A DNA stretch of 60,732 bases, filler included, from Hausera hauseri (taxonomy: Eukaryota): assembly GCA_046269625.1 (NCBI GenBank). It is 11 parts of 11 records of this genome, joined end to end, with 100 filler letters (N's around TTAATTAATTAA, not from the genome) between each part and the next. Parts side by side here need not be neighbours in the genome. Positions count along the whole stretch, not along the records: positions 19,103 to 25,182 come from JBJURY010144313.1; positions 25,283 to 29,820 come from JBJURY010536453.1; positions 29,921 to 36,495 come from JBJURY010085102.1; 8 more parts are not named here. One strand, written 5' to 3'. Below the pieces are notes generated by a model. That model was not told the DNA's origin. It did no database searches and was given only the letters and a program-made list of their open reading frames with translations. The position numbers and the translations under genes were made by a program. This document shows, piece after piece, positions 22,831-34,561 of this stretch; within the stretch, counting starts at the first letter, position 1, and each line of letters opens with the position of its first letter.

Positions 22831-24200
22831 TCAGATTATTCCATCATTGATTTCGTTCTGTGGTACCATCACCCTTAATTCCCTCTCGGTGATTTTATGA
22901 CGCTTACTACAACAGTTTTTGGTGACCAATTGGCAAAACGCCATAAGAATTAAAGAGCAAATATTGATGTCTCAATAATTAATATTACTGAGAGTTATCC
23001 CCTTAGTTAGTTTTTCAGTTTTAACGGTAGTTGTAATTTCGCCTTCCACTTCCTCATTAGTTAGCAATTTCATTAATACAATCTCGTTTAACGTTCGTAC
23101 CGTAAAGGTTTTACTTCGTCTACTCTCTGCACTTATTTGTATTACGTAGTTGGTTTTTGGTTTCAATTAGGTACATTTGATTCGATGACTGTCTTTAACT
23201 AATGTTACTTTCTGATTATTATGCACTGTTCAAAAGCTTATTTCTACGTCGTAATTAAGTGCTTCTTCCACAACGAACGTCATTTCATATTGCTGTGTCC
23301 AATATTTTATAGGAATTGCTTCTAGCTCCTTTTAAGGTAATCCAGTCGTTTGTAGGAATTTTGTGGAAGTTGAAGTAGGTTTATTCATTTTCGAAGTCGT
23401 AATTCTTCTGGTTGTTGTTTCAAGTGGAATTCCTCAAATCGGATTTTTCAATTGGTAACTTCCTAAGAATATACTTGACTGGTTCGGCCGAACTTCATAT
23501 AGGGCCAGTCAAATTCTATATTTATATCCCTGAGATAACTTACAACATATGTTCGGCCTTCCGGCGTCGATCTGACAATACTGTTGGTTATAAGCTGTTT
23601 TGTCCACTCTCAGGAATTCAACCGTAATTACTCGTCCTTTAATCAACCGTCCTTTTGTGTTTATTTGGATACAATTATCTTTTAGGTTTTCCATTATACT
23701 CGCTATATTTTCGTCTAATATCCGTTTTAATGGGTCAGTGGATTTAAACATGTCTTCCAGTTCTATATTTAGATAATATCCATAAGTTTGTGGTATAACT
23801 AATTGTGAATTCAAATTTATTTCGGATTGTACTTCATTACAGTTCGGTAAATATGCACGATAGCTGAGAGCGTAAGAATGTCCTTACTCTACGTTGCAAC
23901 AAGTTGTATCGTCCTCTGGCTCGAATTTACAATCAGACTAGGTTTGGCTTAATAAGTCACGGAATAGTATCCGGATTTGCCCCTCATGTAATCCTGGTAA
24001 CCTAAACCCGACACATGGGGCTTCTGGCGAAAAATAATCTAATTTTATTGTTCGTAAAAATTTTTCGTCCTTTTGTTCTGGTTTATGCTCGGGAGTTCCC
24101 TCCTTTTGTGGCGGCGGTTTTAATCCGACTTTCCTGATTCCATATATATCGCTCAACGAATTTTCATCTACCCACCATTGGGCGTTAGACTTAGGCGTTA
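22831..24200 (-). pseudogene. Post-integrase ORF ending in FN3-like domain and TM helix, disrupted
   Basis: Fragments 23938-24156 and 23509-23814 are in one frame across stops. LKPKTNYVIQISAES..FTVRT (FN3-like), then ISIFALLILMAFCQLVTKNCC. Homologous to 13676-14449. Confidence 0.6.
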
Positions 24201-24213
24201 GGGCAGCAATTAA

Positions 24214-25182
24214 TTATAAGGCTACGATTATCTGTGCGTAAGATGTCGGTCTTGTGGTGANNNNNNNNNNATGTTTGGCCGGTTTTATATTTGTTTTAAC
24301 CACTTTTTGGATTGATACGACTTCTTTACCATTTTTATTAACATGGACTGTTGTTGGCGTTGTACGGACGATTACATACGGTCTTCTTCCGGTGCGTGTT
24401 AATTTCAAGGACGTGACTTTCTTCGCGACTGGGTAACGTATATAAACCCAATTTCTTTTTTTCAAATCATGAGGTTTAATCTTTTTATCATATTGTTTTT
24501 TAAATTGTTCCTGATACTCGAGCGATAATGTCTTCGCAACCTCCCAGCACTTTTGTAATCTTGTCTGTAAAACTTCTGCGAAGTTTTGTTCTAGAGCCTC
24601 GAGGTTCGTTTCATATAGTGTCATACCTAGATCCGTGGGTAAGATTGCTTCTCGTCCGTACATAATAAAGAACGGTGTAAACCCCGTTGCTGGATGTGGG
24701 GTCGTATTGATTGCAAACTGTGTCCCTTCTAGGAATTCATCCCAATCCTTTTGGTCTTTTGTCACTACGGTTGATAATATTCGAATAACTGTTGAGTTCA
24801 TCCGCTCGACCATTCCATTACATTGGGGGTGGTACGCGGTAGTGGTTAAACGTTCGATTTCGAATATCTTGGTAATTTTTTCGCATAATTCGCTTGTGAA
24901 ATTCCTTCCTCTGTCCGTTAAAATTTGTTCTGGTGGTCCATATCTGCAGATAATTTTCCTTACCACTGCATCGGCAAGTATTTCTGCCTTTTGATCTAAT
25001 AGTGCCACCAGTTCGACGACGTGAGTTAGTCCATCCACGCATGTTAGGATGTATCTGTTATTTTTGTGAGTTTTCGGCAGGGGTCCTACTATATCCATAG
25101 ACATAGCTTGCATGGGTCTATCCGGTACGTTTATAGGTTTTAGTTCTGCTACGTAGCCTTTCGTTTTCTTCTGTTTTGTCGC
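24214..25182 (-). CDS. pol: Gypsy integrase (catalytic core and C-terminus; 5' truncated)
   Basis: MDIVGPLP, TDRGRNF, TTAYHPQCNGMVER (D,D35E), TGFTPFFIMYGRE, GPY-like RPY. Confidence 0.95.
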   Translation of the reverse strand, partial: ATKQKKTKGYVAELKPINVPDRPMQAMSMDIVGPLPKTHKNNRYILTCVDGLTHVVELVALLDQKAEILADAVVRKIICRYGPPEQILTDRGRNFTSELCEKITKIFEIERLTTTAYHPQCNGMVERMNSTVIRILSTVVTKDQKDWDEFLEGTQFAINTTPHPATGFTPFFIMYGREAILPTDLGMTLYETNLEALEQNFAEVLQTRLQKCWEVAKTLSLEYQEQFKKQYDKKIKPHDLKKRNWVYIRYPVAKKVTSLKLTRTGRRPYVIVRTTPTTVHVNKNGKEVVSIQKVVKTNIKPAKHXXXXTTRPTSYAQIIVAL

Positions 25183-25325
25183 NNNNNNNNNNNNNNNNNN
25201 NNNNNNNNNNNNNNNNNNNNNNNNNNTTAATTAATTAANNNNNNNNNNNNNNNNNNNNNNNNNNNNNNNNNNNNNNNNNNNNTCAAACGGTCAAATAATC
25301 AACTCGACGAAGGAGAACACGGTTT

Positions 25326-26162
25326 TCATGTACAACATGACTTGGAAATAAATGGTATTGCACAGACTCCGCGTTTCGTCCCATATCTCAACTCTAACAC
25401 CATGAATTTACCACGATCATGAAGTTTTGCCTTTGTTACCATATCAATAAAATTCAAAATGAAATTAGGACACTGTTTCATTGTAATTGCCGCTTCATCA
25501 TCATCCAACAGAAAAGCTAAACATAAAATTGAAATAACTCCAATCAATTCTTCTTCACGAGACGTAAAGTCAATCAAAGCTTCTGTTACTTTATCAGATT
25601 TGAAAAGATATCGGTTACCTGGATATCGACACAAATTGTGCATTATACTCAAGGAAACCTTTGTTACAAAGTAAATATTACGGTTGGACAAATTCTCCAA
25701 ATAAGGTTTGTGTAAAATATTCATTATGACCAAACTTGCCAGTCCGGCATTCGCAAGCGATGTAGTGAAATCAAATGTGCATTCGGAAAAGTTCCACCAG
25801 ATATTATAGAAATAAGAACAAAAACGAAAACCAAATGTCGTCGTTTTTGAAAATTCCCATATTGTTCAGTTTTTTTATCATATTTACAACATATTTTGGG
25901 AATTTTAATTTAATCAATTTTGCACTAATTTGAGGTCGAAATTCAGCACAATCGAAATGCAATCGACGGAGTTGTTTTCTATTTCGTAGAGATTTTTCAA
26001 ATCATTCAATTCACAGAGCGATGTGAAGATTTTTATACCTTTCAATACAAACGACTCAGCTTCACCGAGAGTAAATGTTTTATATTGTAAATCTTTTTGA
26101 GCGGCATGATTTTCTGACACCGTTGTTATTTCATGTATAAATTGGGAAAAGATTAATTCCAA
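25326..26162 (-). pseudogene. Armadillo-like helical repeat protein fragment (resembles the N-terminal region of invertebrate ARM-TIR proteins)
   Basis: WNFSECTFDFTTSLANAGL..SLSIMHNL..ILCLAFLLDDDE pattern. No TIR domain is visible in the contig. Confidence 0.4.
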
Positions 26163-26328
26163 AATAGAGAAGGACGTAACAAATAACGAAAACTAATTGT
26201 TTTATTAACTTTTTAAATTGTCAAATCCATAATTAAAATCTATACATTTTCTTTGTACAATGAGGAAGCATATAAAATCAGTCAAAAGTACCGAAATTAT
26301 CAATGTAAAAATATTGTGTGGTCAATCT

Positions 26329-26520
26329 TCAGTGTTTATCATTGGGTGGTATGAGAACTTCAACATAGTTGATTGGGAAAAATCCTTTTTTACCATTGTG
26401 CTCTCCTCCAAGCCAACTGTCGTCAACCTGCTGAAGAAGTCGGATAATGTCACCTTCCGAAAACTCCAATTCCATTGTATTCCCTGCCTTGAAATCAAAA
26501 GTGTGCAGACATTTCGGTCG
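26329..26520 (-). CDS. C-terminal SH3 domain exon of a host gene (missed by the ORF track)
   Basis: RPKCLHTFDFKAGNTMELEFSEGDIIRLLQQVDDSWLGGEHNGKKGFFPINYVEVL then stop: canonical SH3 motifs. Confidence 0.85.
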   Translation of the reverse strand, partial: RPKCLHTFDFKAGNTMELEFSEGDIIRLLQQVDDSWLGGEHNGKKGFFPINYVEVLIPPNDKH

Positions 26521-27134
26521 GTGGTTTGTTAGTGTTTTCGTTTCATCGATATTACTTATGGATTCAATTCATCTTTTATGATTTCATAGGATTAAGATAA
26601 AATATTTTCAATATTCAGTGTTTTATTAATGGTACCACTGCAGATCTTATTATGTTGTTCATAGTTTTCGTCACATGTGAAATCCAGTTCATCATATTTG
26701 CTATACATTTCATTTTGAATATTATCAACATTCGATTTACATTTCTTCACCAATGCATTATATGTTGGCTTGCATAAAAGCTTACATTTTACGTTCAACA
26801 GGGTGGACATTTTTTGCAATCTTCTTCAGCCAATTTAATAACAGCTGTGGCCTTTTGTCCGGAAATTTTGGTGGTCTTATCTTTGTAATGTATTTATTGG
26901 ATGGTTTAAAACAGAGACTGATACCACTAAGAATGATACAATTTACGAATAATTCTTCTGGCTATTGACACTATCGAGATTGAGTGGGGCTTCGTTGCGG
27001 ACGAATTGTTTTAGCGACAAATTTCGTCGAATGAAACTGGTGAATCGTTGTGAACTTCTTTCTGATAACATTTGCAATTGGACTGTGGTGGCGCCCGAGT
27101 CCGCGGCACCACACCGTCATATTCTAAATACCAC

Positions 27135-27655
27135 CAAAAATTTCCATAATTAAAAATTACAGCCAAATCAAAATGGGTGCCATATTCAAAATAACACCCA
27201 AAAATCAATCATTAAAATTACCGCCAAACCAAAATCGCTTTCATATTCAAAATATTACCCAAAATATCAATAATTAAAATTAGAACGAAATCAAAATGGC
27301 TTCCATATTCCAACAACACTCCAAAATATCCACCATTAAAATTACCGCCAAATCAAAATGGCTGTTATTCAAAATATCAACCATTAAAATTACCGCCAAA
27401 TCAAAATGGCTGTTATATTCAAAATATCCACCATTAAAATTACCGCCAAATCAAAATGGCTGTCATATTCAAAATATTACCCAAAAATATCCATCATTAA
27501 AATTAGAACAAAATCAAAATGGCTGCCATATTTCAATAACACTCAAAAATATCCACATTAAAATTACCGCCAAATCAAAATGGCTGTCATATTCAAAATA
27601 TCACCAAAAATATCCACCATTAAAATTACCGCCAAATCAAAATGGCCACCGCATT
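27135..27655. repeat. Minisatellite, about 9 degenerate units of 49-62 bp
   Basis: Recurrent AAAATATCCACCATTAAAATTACCGCCAAATCAAAATGGCTGTCATATTC. Confidence 0.9.
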
Positions 27656-30600
27656 TTAAATGTTTACCACTTCAAATATTCATCGAAAAGTCAATTAAAT
27701 TTCTCCAATTTGACCAAAAAACAAACACTGGTGCATAACAACACATTTTATTCGTCAACAAACCATCCAAATTAACAACAAAAACTATCCATGTATGTCG
27801 TACTACCCACTGACGAATTCTCCTTTTCCCATTTAATTCGTTTGTCGTGCAGAAGACCCCAATTTAAATCCGATCCTGTGCCAATTGTCGTCAATACGAC
27901 ATCAAACAAATTTACCCCATAAATCCGGCCGTTTAGCCTGTTCTTTTATTGCAGGCATCGGATGATATTGAATATATCTCGTCTGCCATGCCTGACACAA
28001 CCGTTGATGGCCTACAATATCCGGCACAGCGGCCTCTCTTTGGAAGAATTCGTACCGTTGATGATGCCCTGGTTCCAACACATGCTGCTTATACTGATAG
28101 ACAATAAATAATTATTTGTTCAATAATTTACTGTTAGTCTGTCCTCATACCAGTTGTGCAGTAATGTACTCGGTTCGTAAGTTTTCTTTGGTTTCCAATT
28201 ACCTTCTAACATTTGCAAATTTCAATTATCGTTGATTGGTAACAGAATTATTCAATTCACATAAACAAACGATATAATATATGATTTTGGATAATGGAAT
28301 CCGTGAAAAGGTGAAAGTTATTGAATTTAATTCAGATCACGCTTAAAATTGTTTAACTTATAATTAGATTTACTAATCCATTAGATTTACTAATTCTTGT
28401 CATTTCGTCTTTCAAAATAAGAGTATAATAAATGGCGAATTATTTTAATTGTAAATGTAGGAAATTATTATACTGTGTGGACCTTTTTAAGTGTTAAGTA
28501 TAAGGTAAATTATAGCACCTTATATTGCATAGGGCAGGAGCGAATTAAATTAGTAATTAAAATTAAGTAACAAAACTTTGAGCATAACGCTTAAAAAGAT
28601 ACACAGAGTAGATTCCACGAAAGGGAACGCAACACTATGAATCTTTATTAATGCACTTCTCTCGTGTAAAAGATAATTTCTTTTCATTTATAGTGCTTCT
28701 TACAACCTATTGTATACCAACGTTCGAAACTTTAGTAAGCCTGTTTCGATGTGACGATTTAACCTAAAAATCGATTTGTTTCACAGGAAAGAAGTTATTG
28801 TTTAAAATTTATCGAATTACAAAATGTCAGTACAAGTTAGAACACTCGACACGGGATTTTTTGATTGATCGTTCATTATTGGATCATTTTTATTTTTACA
28901 CCGAATTATTTTTGGATAGAACTGACGTATGAGAATCGTCAAAAAATGGTTTGAAAATATGTGATATTCTGAACTTTCAGTTTTTGAAAGTGTACTGAAG
29001 ACCGACATTTTGTATACTAGAAGCATTTGGAACAAATCGAGTTATTCCGAGCTTTGTTCAAAAATTTTATAATTGATTCGCTAAACCTCATTAAATGGTA
29101 TCGTTTTTGGTTATGTTGCAGGAATTGATGGCTTCTTTAATCTGTGATCTAATATCTGTCAAAAATCATAAATTCACGTTTGCATTAGGATCATAAGTCA
29201 GCTATCAAGTAATTTAGTGGACCATAAATTTCAAAATTTTGTTTGACAAAATATTTTTTTCATTTTTTATACTATAGAGTATAAAAATCTTTTTGAGGAC
29301 AATAATGTTGCAAATTTTTCGAAGCTGATATTTCGATCTTACTAAGATTTTCGTCACAGCACTAGTGTTGTTCATAATCCTTAAACGACCTCATGTGACG
29401 GGGAATAAATTCCAATTCATCCAATCGTCAAATTGACTTTTGTTTCAACTCATCAATTTAATTAAGGAGTGGGGTAGTGTACTGTTGCGCATAGCACGAA
29501 CTGCACTTGTAACATTGTTAAATACGTGAACGGAGTTTACGAATGTTGCTCACAAACCAGGGATAACTCATTCATGACATGTGACGTGTAACGCACTTTC
29601 CATTGGAAAGGTGCAGAAATCAAACAACAAAAAGAAATGCACACTACTGAATTTTCATTAGTCGTATGCACATAAAATGTGACATATGATATGTGACGAT
29701 TGAAATTCCAAATTTCAAATTGAAAACTGGCAAAATGAAATCAGTGGTTGTTTAGTACTTCATTAGTTGGTGGAAATGACACCAATGAAGTAGAAGTGCC
29801 GTCATCTTTTGCGATAACTTNNNNNNNNNNNNNNNNNNNNNNNNNNNNNNNNNNNNNNNNNNNNTTAATTAATTAANNNNNNNNNNNNNNNNNNNNNNNN
29901 NNNNNNNNNNNNNNNNNNNNACAGTTTACGTTCATTATTTGTTCATTCATTATCGATAGTTAATATTTATTGAAACATATACTATTGATAACAAATAGTA
30001 ATATATATAACAGTTATTCTTTTATATTCACTATTCAGAAAATATGCATTCAATTTTTAATGTGTTGTTGATATTCTGTGGAACTAAATTGTTATAATTT
30101 GTTTAAATATGCAGAATCTGATTTACTATTCAGATTCGAATATTCATTGAATAAAAAATTAATTAGTTTATTTACTACAAAAGTAATATTCAATGTCTAA
30201 TTTGTAATTGATGTTTTGTATTACTAACTAGATACCGGATATCATTGTTCTGATAGAAGTTTTGAAGAATTTCGCTCACGCGAATGGTTCTGTGCAAAAG
30301 CTTCACACTGATGTAAGTAGTTCGGCCATATTCCAAAATATCAAGACCTGTTTAAGTGTTACCATTAAATTATACTGGCCGTCGATTGTACTGTCGACCT
30401 CAGTGGTGCAACAGATAACTATTCAAGTACTTAAATGGAGAATATCTTTATCCGACGTAAAGCACTTTTTATGCAGTGTACGTGGAATTGGATGAGATTT
30501 CGGTAATCTTACAAGGGACACTAAGTTTACTTCTAAGAACAGATTTGATTGAAATTTTGCATGGTGGTGTAATTTGTTACGTTGATTCCATATGTGTAAA

Positions 30601-31311
30601 TTATTTTTGCTCGTATTCAGAAATTTTTGAGTTCTGGATTATAGTTTTTGTGTTATCGGTACTTCTGGTATAAGTAATTCCCAATATGAAACCAAATACA
30701 TAAAATTACAGTGTTTTTATTTACATAATTATGAACATATGAAGGTCAGATATTATACGCAACTTTGTACAAACTCTCTTATATTTGAAAAGTATTTCTT
30801 TTCAATGGTACAGGAATTCTTTCGAGTTTGATGTTGAATTGAGTAAAACAAAGTGATAAATTTGTTTCAACAGGCAAATTTTTGTATTCATATATTGGAA
30901 ACTACTTATGGAGAACATTTTGTAATAATAAATAAATTATTTTGATACACAAACTTATTTATCACTTTGTTTAATTAGTTTCAATTTGAAACTCCAGATT
31001 ATGTGCAATTACTGTGCCACTGGCCAATAATACTATCCAGATATAGAATTGATAAGGTCTGTGCGGCGGAAGTTTTGACAGTGGCGCCGCCGCACAGTCG
31101 TCAAACATTTCATGATATGTTATCTGATAAAAAAAGAATATAAATAAATGAGACTATTTTCATTGAACGAACAATTTTTTTTGAGAATATTAGTTATAAA
31201 ATAAATCTTGATTATGAGTGAGTTTTTTTATTGTCGTTATTTCATTTTATTTTGTTGGTTATCAGAATAAAACAAATAGTTTGATAGTTGGGGTTGGAAA
31301 CTTTTACAATA

Positions 31312-31810
31312 AAGGTTTTGTCTTATTGGCATTACCTGCCAATATTCGAAATAAACTTTCACAATAAAGGTTTTGTCCTAGTGGCATTACCTGCCTATAT
31401 TTGAAATAAAATTTTACGAGAAAGGTTCTGCTCTTGTAGCACTACCTGCCAAATTTTCATCCTCAATTTGATTTATAGTATCGAAGTTAACTAGCCCCCA
31501 CTGTCAATTTACGTTTAAAAATTTGAATAAATAAAATTCTTGGAACTCAGGCTTTATCCTTGTGATACTACCTGAAGACGGGTTGTCAAGTCGATTCTTG
31601 ACGACTCACTAAAATCATTGACCCCAAGTAACATATTGAATAACAGAAACGAGAGATATACTTTGTGTTTCGCACCCGTATTGCCGCCCCGATTTTAGTG
31701 ATACACAGATAAATCGATTCTCGATTACAATCTCGCTGATTCTTATATACGAAATAGTAATTCTGATATTGAACTCACTATAACGCTAAGACTAGCCCGA
31801 CCTTTCAACT
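31312..31810 (-). other. Structured non-coding element with four tandem hairpins, copy 2
   Basis: Reverse complement shares AAAGGTCGGGCTAGTCTTAGCGTTATAGTGAGTTC, TTTTAGTGAGTCGTCAAGAATCGACTTGACAACCCGTCTTCAGGT and TTGGCAGGTAGTGCTACAAGAGCAGAACCTTT with 7921-8410. Confidence 0.7.
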
Positions 31811-32271
31811 ATCTAAAGAAATACCAAATTTAACATAAGAGATATTTCAATTCATAGAAGGTATCAGATTTAGAGACTTGCATCAAAGCTGAAATGGAAT
31901 TCCAAACGACCTGAAAACATTAGTTAGGAAAATCCCAGAAAAATCAGATGTCTTGTGACGAGATAATGTTGATTTTTGTTAATGAAAACACAAATAGTAC
32001 AATCAGTTGTAAAAGCCTCTAAATCCAAATGAGAATTACTTAGGTTAGATTAGAAAGTCAACAGAATAAATGATAGGTTATTGTGTAAAAGCCTTAAATT
32101 GCAACAAAATTTCCTATAACTGGCATAGTTTGGAGGTTTCTGACAATGAAGGACATTCGATGAAGACAATAAATCTAATCACACCCACAAAATGTTTCCC
32201 TCTTGTTTTTGAAACACGCACTATGTCTCTAATGCTGTAGTAGATATTTCAGCATTTCTATTATTCCTTAA

Positions 32272-33536
32272 CCCATTTTCTACCATCTCCTAATATTGGA
32301 CCATAGAATTTTTTAGCCCACTGATACATAACTATGTGACTTAGGATGCAAAAAATAATAAATGTATAATGTAGAAGATGCTCAGTTCTTCTACATTGTA
32401 TATATTTATACTGTTAGAAAAAATTAATTTTTTTCTTATTATTGAAATTCGAGAATCAATTTATTAGTCAAAATTTGCCCGAAATTTTTCAAATGAGATA
32501 TTGCAACCCTTTTTATGAATGTCCTTAGAATTAGGTTGACACAATGATTTGAACCAACATTAGTCTCTTTTTTGAGGAAAAGAATTATATATAAAATTTC
32601 AAGATTGGAAAATCCTTTATATTAAAATATGAATTTATTTATCATAGTTTTTAAAATTTTATAATTCTTTAATTGATTGTACAAGTGCGATAGAATTACA
32701 TTTTAACAATGTTCATTACATTTTATTATGTTCATATTAATAATATATGTAAAGAAATGATATTGAAATAGTATAAGTTTATCAAAAAACTTTTATCGTC
32801 ATCCTCTTAATTAATCAAATTTTGTAGTATAAAAATCGGGAAAGCCATTTCTTAAAGAAAAATTTAGAAAAATTGAAACCCGTTAAATTTTAAATGAAAA
32901 TTTTTACCAAAGTCAACCGAATGTTCTGAATCATTATAACTTTGAAGATATATGTGAAAAGGCAAACAACATACGCAGTAATCAGATAGAAAGAAGATAT
33001 TTTCGTTAAAATAATACAGTATGTCGTCAATCCTCACACCTTTGGGTAAGTTGAGCATATAAATTCAATAATTGTAAATTTCCTTCAAATTTTCTTGCAA
33101 TTTTATGCATGAGGTAAATAGTGTGATTTAAATTAAAACTTCACTGACGTTGTTTTTCAACAAGACACTGATATTCACCGAACGATGCAATCGATAGGCG
33201 ACATGCTATATTATGTTTACAGTAACCGATAAAGCTAATCCCAGGTTTTTAGAATTGTAAAGTAATTTTCAACAATATATAGTATATTTTATGTAATTTA
33301 TTAAGGCGCACCAAATTCTGAATGTGTATTACATAAATTATTTACATTTTCTTGTTTTAATTTTGTTTTAAAACGATATAATTTTATTTTCAATTTTTGT
33401 TCACATTGTTCACATGTAGAAGATGCTCAGTTCTTCTACATTGTATATTTATTATTTTTTCACCCTAAGTCACATGGTTATGTGTCAGTGGGCTAAAAGT
33501 TCTATTTTCGAATATTGGAACATGGCAGTAAAAGGG
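32272..33536. mobile_element. piggyBac-like non-autonomous element (TTAA target duplication, about 130-bp inverted arms) with a 1-kb internal insert
   Basis: TTAA|CCCATTTT at 32268 and AAAAGGG|TTAA ending 33540. Arms share TTTTAGCCCACTGAYACATAACYATGTGACTTAGG in inverted orientation. Confidence 0.8.
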
Positions 33537-33981
33537 TTAAGTTGAAAAGTATAGTTAAATTCGTGTATAGTCCAACTTGTTTCTTTTTCGTGTAGTTGCT
33601 TAGTTACGTCATATAAATATACAATTATATGTACCCAGTAATTTGTATTTATATTTTTTCTAATATTCCACTCTTATTTTTCCTGTACGGATCGATGTAA
33701 CAAGATTTGTGTTACTCTGGTTTGTTTTTATGACGAAATTGATTAGAGAATATTTACATCTCTACTATTTTCCTGGGCCATCAAAGAATGAATAAATAAA
33801 ACAGTATCTTCATGTACTATTGAAACTGTTATCTTACTCTACTGAATATCTATACAATATACACATTTGCAGAATATGTATTTGTCATGTAAAGAATAAT
33901 ATAGATACACAGTGTATTCAAAAGTTGAAGGACAAATCAAACACAGACCATATAACATAGGAAATATACGTATAGTTGGTA

Positions 33982-34555
33982 TCAGGCTTCTATATAGTCT
34001 CCCCCCAATTCGATACACTTCTTGGAACGAGCATACAGGTTCGTAAACATCTGAAAAGCCTCCGATTTAATACTGTTAAGGTCTGTTGTCGCTGTCGCTT
34101 CGATCACCTCCACCGACTCGTACCGCTGTATCTTTATCTTCAGTTTCCACTTGTTAAGTCCGGCAGGGATAGATCTGGAGAGTATGGGAGTGGTCGATGC
34201 AAGCAACCTGCCTCCTTGTGAAAAATAGCTACACAAGGATGGACTTGTGACATGGTGCATTGTCATGCAATAAGAACCTATCTCTATTGTCGAACAATTC
34301 GGGCCTCACAAGCCACACTTTTCAAAAATCGATCTAAAACATCTTTGTAGAATATCCAACTAGGCGGAACTTTGACGAAAAAATTATTGATGAATAATGC
34401 CCCTATTGTCGAAAAAGCTGATCAACGTTGTTTTGGTTTTCGATTTGAAAGCGCCAACTTTCATTGACCGGCTCTTTTCCAGACTTGACCACTCAGCACC
34501 TTGGTGTTTTTTTTCTGGATCATATTCGAGACACCACGCTTGGCATCGGTCTTAA
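33982..34555 (-). pseudogene. Mariner (DD34D) transposase catalytic-domain remnant
   Basis: YDPEKKHQGAEW, SFFDNRGIIH, LLHDNAPCH, PYSPDL, KKCIELGGDYIE across several frames. Confidence 0.85.
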
Positions 34556-34561
34556 TATATA

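Larger units (their letters stand above)
19103..25182 (-). mobile_element. Ty3/Gypsy LTR retrotransposon with extended 3' accessory region (integrase - FN3/TM - DEDDh/RING - PPT - LTR - PBS - gag start)
   Basis: All parts are on the minus strand in this order. LTR boundaries, PPT and PBS are directly visible. Confidence 0.9.

Noticed and set aside
27135-27655. Possible CRISPR array, or the 159-aa repeat ORF 27296-27775
   Set aside because: Units are contiguous degenerate tandem copies without unique spacers and no cas genes are present. The ORF is just the translated minisatellite.
31570-31610. Hammerhead ribozyme suggested by CTGAAGA followed by a stem
   Set aside because: No correctly placed GAAA and cleavage triplet could be found to complete the core.
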